A stretch of 64,000 nt of DNA from a bacterium (GTDB taxonomy: Bacteria > Fidelibacterota > Fidelibacteria > Fidelibacterales > Fidelibacteraceae), in contig OY781066.1 in NCBI GenBank assembly GCA_963676395.1, positions 544,001 through 608,000 of the forward strand, in the 5' to 3' direction. Both the position numbers and the translations under genes were made by a program. Each line of letters opens with the position of its first letter. Positions within the stretch are counted from its first letter, which is position 1. Shown one piece after another: positions 60,656-64,000 of the stretch. The notes under the pieces are model-generated. The model saw only the letters and a list, made by a program, of their open reading frames with translations, was not told the origin of the DNA and made no database searches.

Positions 60656-61526
60656 CTTTTCCTGATTCTATGATCTCAAGAATTCTTTGAAGGTCATCAG
60701 TGGAATAATATGCTATTTCCACCGTACCTCCGGGTTCTTTATGTTTAACCCTTACCTTTGTCCCCAAATTCTGTTGCAAAGAGCTTTCAAGCCTAAATAT
60801 AAAGGGATCTGTTTCAGTTTTGATCTTCTGAGCGGGTTTGAGTTCTTCGGATTGTTCTTTTTTACGCGTAAGCTTTTCCGCATCACGAACGCTTAAACCT
60901 TTGCTTAGGATCTGTTGCCATGCTTTCAACATCGACTGAGCATTATCAGCTTGAAGGATAGCTCGAGCGTGGCCCGGTGAGATCTCGTTTGCAACCAAAG
61001 AATCACGGATCTCTTGAGGAAGTTTTAATAACCTCAAGCTATTCGTTATAGTACTACGCTTCTTCCCTATTCTCTCGGCAACAACTTCTTGAGATAATCC
61101 ATATCTTTCGATAAGAGCTCTATATGCCATGGCTTCTTCAACAGGATTTAAATTTTCACGCTGAACATTTTCAATCAAAGCCAATTCCATTAACTCTTCG
61201 TCAGATTCAACGCTTCTAAAATATGCCGGGATTGTTGTCAGTCCCAGTTGCTTGCATGCGCGTGTACGCCTCTCACCGGCTACAAGAATATATCCATCAC
61301 CATCTTCTGTAACAGTAATAGGTGTAATCAATCCATTTTTACGAATTGATTGAGTCAACTCATCTAATTCATCTTGTAAAAATTCACGACGTGGCTGATA
61401 AGGATTGGGCTTTATCTTATTGATATCAATTTCATCGACAGACACTTCTTTCCCAACTGACTCCGGTGCTTCATATGTTGGGATCAAAGCATCCAAACCA
61501 CGACCTAATGCTTTATTTTTTGCCAT
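60642..61526 (-). CDS. parB: Chromosome partitioning protein ParB
   Basis: ALGRGLDALI, PNPYQPR, VAGERRTRA, ALIENVQRENL; HTH GKKRSTITNSLRLL. Confidence 0.97.
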   Translation of the reverse strand: MAKNKALGRGLDALIPTYEAPESVGKEVSVDEIDINKIKPNPYQPRREFLQDELDELTQSIRKNGLITPITVTEDGDGYILVAGERRTRACKQLGLTTIPAYFRSVESDEELMELALIENVQRENLNPVEEAMAYRALIERYGLSQEVVAERIGKKRSTITNSLRLLKLPQEIRDSLVANEISPGHARAILQADNAQSMLKAWQQILSKGLSVRDAEKLTRKKEQSEELKPAQKIKTETDPFIFRLESSLQQNLGTKVRVKHKEPGGTVEIAYYSTDDLQRILEIIESGKDEVR

Positions 61527-62277
61527 TTAGAAACTCCTCAGCCAATTGCATATAATTTATAGCACCTGCAGATTGAACATCAAAAGAAATGATGGGCTCA
61601 CCATATGAAGGTGCTTCACCCAAACGGACATTTCTATTAATTATTGTCTTATAAACTTTCTCGCCAAAATATTTTCTTACTTCTTCTTCTACCATTCGAC
61701 TTAGATTTAAGCGAGAATCATACATGGTTAAAACGATACCTTCCAGATTAAGATCAGGATTTAAATTTTTCTGGATCATTCTAATCGTATTCAGAAGCTG
61801 AGTAAGACCTTCAAGCGCAAAATATTCACATTGGATAGGTATGAGCACTGAATCTGCTGCAGTAAACGAATTAACCGTAAGCAAATTCAAAGATGGGGGG
61901 CAATCAATAAAAATATAATCGTATACCTCTTTTGCTTTTTTCAATACTTTCCGCAAACGAGTTTCACGCGACATCATAGAAACCATTTCAATTTCTGCAC
62001 CAACTAAGTCCGGACTTGATGGAATAATATCAAGATAATCCATCATGGTGTGAAGTACCGCTTCATGATAAAGTACTTTTTCTAATAATACATCATATGT
62101 AGTATATTTTGTTGAAGCGACATCTATACCCAACCCTGAGCTTGCATTTGCCTGTGGATCAATATCTACGATCAAAATCTTTTTTTCCATCACGGATAAT
62201 GAAGAAGCCAAGTTGATGGCTGTGGTTGTTTTTCCTACTCCGCCTTTCTGGTTCGCAATGACAACTATTTTGCCCAT
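61513..62277 (-). CDS. parA: Chromosome partitioning ATPase ParA/Soj
   Basis: NQKGGVGKTT, DIDPQANA, IDCPPSL and QCEYFALEG motifs. Start likely ATG 62277 (AGGA 5 nt upstream); the track gives TTG 62331. Confidence 0.96.
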   Translation of the reverse strand: MGKIVVIANQKGGVGKTTTAINLASSLSVMEKKILIVDIDPQANASSGLGIDVASTKYTTYDVLLEKVLYHEAVLHTMMDYLDIIPSSPDLVGAEIEMVSMMSRETRLRKVLKKAKEVYDYIFIDCPPSLNLLTVNSFTAADSVLIPIQCEYFALEGLTQLLNTIRMIQKNLNPDLNLEGIVLTMYDSRLNLSRMVEEEVRKYFGEKVYKTIINRNVRLGEAPSYGEPIISFDVQSAGAINYMQLAEEFLNGKK

Positions 62278-62478
62278 TTTCATCCTATTTAATTGTGTGT
62301 GAAATATAATTGAAATTGCCTTTTCAAACAATACAATTCCAAATTACCGAACACACATTTTATAATGTGATTTTAGAGTTTATACAATAAGTGATATTGT
62401 TAGTTCCGCTTCATAAAGGGTTTAAAACGCATTGACCTCCTACAATAAATCCAATCAGCTTATAGATATTCAAATCAA

Positions 62479-63870
62479 TTATACATGAATCGCTTCTCCA
62501 TGCACACTCTCAGCTGTTTCCATTGTAATTTCGGATAATGTGGGGTGAGCATGAATTGTATCAGCGATATCTTTTGCAGTCAATCCTTTAGTCACAGCTA
62601 AAGTTAATTCCGAGATCAATTCGGTAGCGTCAGCACCAATACAATGCGCACCAATCACAACATCACTCTTAGCATCAACAATCAATTTCATAAATCCATC
62701 AAGATGACCAACAGCTATCGCCTTCCCAATCGCACGATAGTGGATCTTACCTATCTTATATTCAATACCTTTTTCTACGGCATCTTTTTCCCTAAGACCT
62801 ACTGAAGCGACCTGAGGTTCGCAATAGGTACAACCCGGTATAGCTTTTCGGTTAAGTCCTTCAACCTCTTTCCCTTGAATATTATCAATAGCGATCAGTC
62901 CTTCTTTACTAGCTTTATGTGCCAAACAAGGGTTACCGGCAACATCGCCAATAGCATAAATATTGGGGATATTGGTTTGCTGCTTTTCGTTTATCTTTAT
63001 AAATGGACCGTACATTTCGACGCCTAATTCTTCTAATCCGATATTTTCTGTATTCGGTGTTACACCGACAGCAGACAAAAGCATATCAACTTCAAGTGTG
63101 GCTTCCCCTTTGGGTCCTTCCAGTTTCAATTCAAGTCCCTTGGCATTTTTGGATACTTCCACCACTTTGGTTGAAACCAATGTTTTGATTTTTTGTTTTT
63201 TATATGCCTTAAGCAATTCTTTTGATATCTCATCATCTTCATTCGGTGCAATTGCAGATAAAAACTCAACAACAGTTACCTCAACACCAAGATGTTTATA
63301 AATATAAGCAAACTCAAGACCGATTGCACCGGCACCCATTATAGCCATCTTTTCAGGAAGCTTATCTAAAGCTAAAGCATGTTTAGAAGATAGAATTTTT
63401 TTACCATCAATCTTGATGTGGGGTAATTCTTTTGGCCTCGCACCTGTTGCTAAAATAATATTTTCAGCCTCAATTATTTGTTTATCACCCTCAGAAGATA
63501 TTACTTCTACCGATGTTTCTGTAAGCATTTTTCCAAAACCTTCAAATACATCGACGTTGTTTTTTTTAAGTAAAAATGCGATCCCCTTACTTAACCGATC
63601 TGCGACTTCGCGTGATCTGGCAATAATTTTGGGAACATCTGCGTTAACATTTTCCACATTAATACCAAGTACAGCAGCACCCTTGATATCACGAAGCGTA
63701 TTAACGGATTTAATAATTGCTTTTGTAGGAATACACCCCCAGTTCAGGCAGACTCCCCCAATGTGTTCTTTTTCCACTAAAGCGGTTTTAAGTCCTCGTT
63801 GAGCTGAGCGTATGGCAGCAACATAACCCCCCGGCCCTGAACCAAGGACAAGTACATCGTATTTATTCAT
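62479..63870 (-). CDS. lpdA: Dihydrolipoyl dehydrogenase
   Basis: GSGPGGY, GGVCLNWGCIPTK, GAGAIGLE, AIGD and HAHPTLSE motifs. Confidence 0.97.
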   Translation of the reverse strand: MNKYDVLVLGSGPGGYVAAIRSAQRGLKTALVEKEHIGGVCLNWGCIPTKAIIKSVNTLRDIKGAAVLGINVENVNADVPKIIARSREVADRLSKGIAFLLKKNNVDVFEGFGKMLTETSVEVISSEGDKQIIEAENIILATGARPKELPHIKIDGKKILSSKHALALDKLPEKMAIMGAGAIGLEFAYIYKHLGVEVTVVEFLSAIAPNEDDEISKELLKAYKKQKIKTLVSTKVVEVSKNAKGLELKLEGPKGEATLEVDMLLSAVGVTPNTENIGLEELGVEMYGPFIKINEKQQTNIPNIYAIGDVAGNPCLAHKASKEGLIAIDNIQGKEVEGLNRKAIPGCTYCEPQVASVGLREKDAVEKGIEYKIGKIHYRAIGKAIAVGHLDGFMKLIVDAKSDVVIGAHCIGADATELISELTLAVTKGLTAKDIADTIHAHPTLSEITMETAESVHGEAIHV

Positions 63871-64000
63871 ATTTTACTCCTTAATTTTACGAACCTGTAA
63901 GATAATGATTTTTTTCTAGAATCAAGTTGATAAAATGTAATTTATTCATATTGTTTTTTACAGAATAAAAAGATGAATATTTTGCTGTTGATATAATCAC

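Noticed and set aside
62332..62478. oriC or DnaA-box cluster upstream of parA
   Set aside because: No TTATCCACA-type cluster; only a short CACATT-TTAT-AATGTG palindrome

Overview
This is a 64 kb, AT-rich, gene-dense bacterial chromosome segment with most genes on the minus strand. The T9SS-type C-terminal domains (YPNPFNP...KKMLLIK), the EC(DUF2764)ABDIK V/A-ATPase and the ispE-tRNAGln-prs-rplY-pth-rpsF-rpsR-rplI synteny point to a diderm FCB-group organism, plausibly Marinimicrobia-like (inference only). Housekeeping content: lpdA, parAB, V/A-type ATPase, nadC, miaA, queF, queA, ruvB, gatB, coaX, rsmE, ispDF, ispE, gltX, tRNA-Gln(TTG), prs, pth, four ribosomal proteins, purA and malic enzyme. 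Accessory content: (i) a tightly packed 4-gene putative synthase-dependent polysaccharide system (REC/degenerate GGDEF/REC, TM-HEAT, processive GT2, TPR-YaiO porin); (ii) two tandem secreted phosphodiester glycosidases with diverged N-termini but a ~1 kb near-identical 3' block; (iii) a fused proline-dehydrogenase-like Fe-S flavoprotein pair; (iv) an SSS transporter with tandem GHL10 hydrolases; (v) sensor kinases and an unusual SH3-TM-zinc-ribbon protein; (vi) a 24-unit heptamer array and degenerate REP-like palindromes. I saw no transposase, integrase, prophage, CRISPR array or rRNA. All family assignments come from motif recognition by eye, not database searches.
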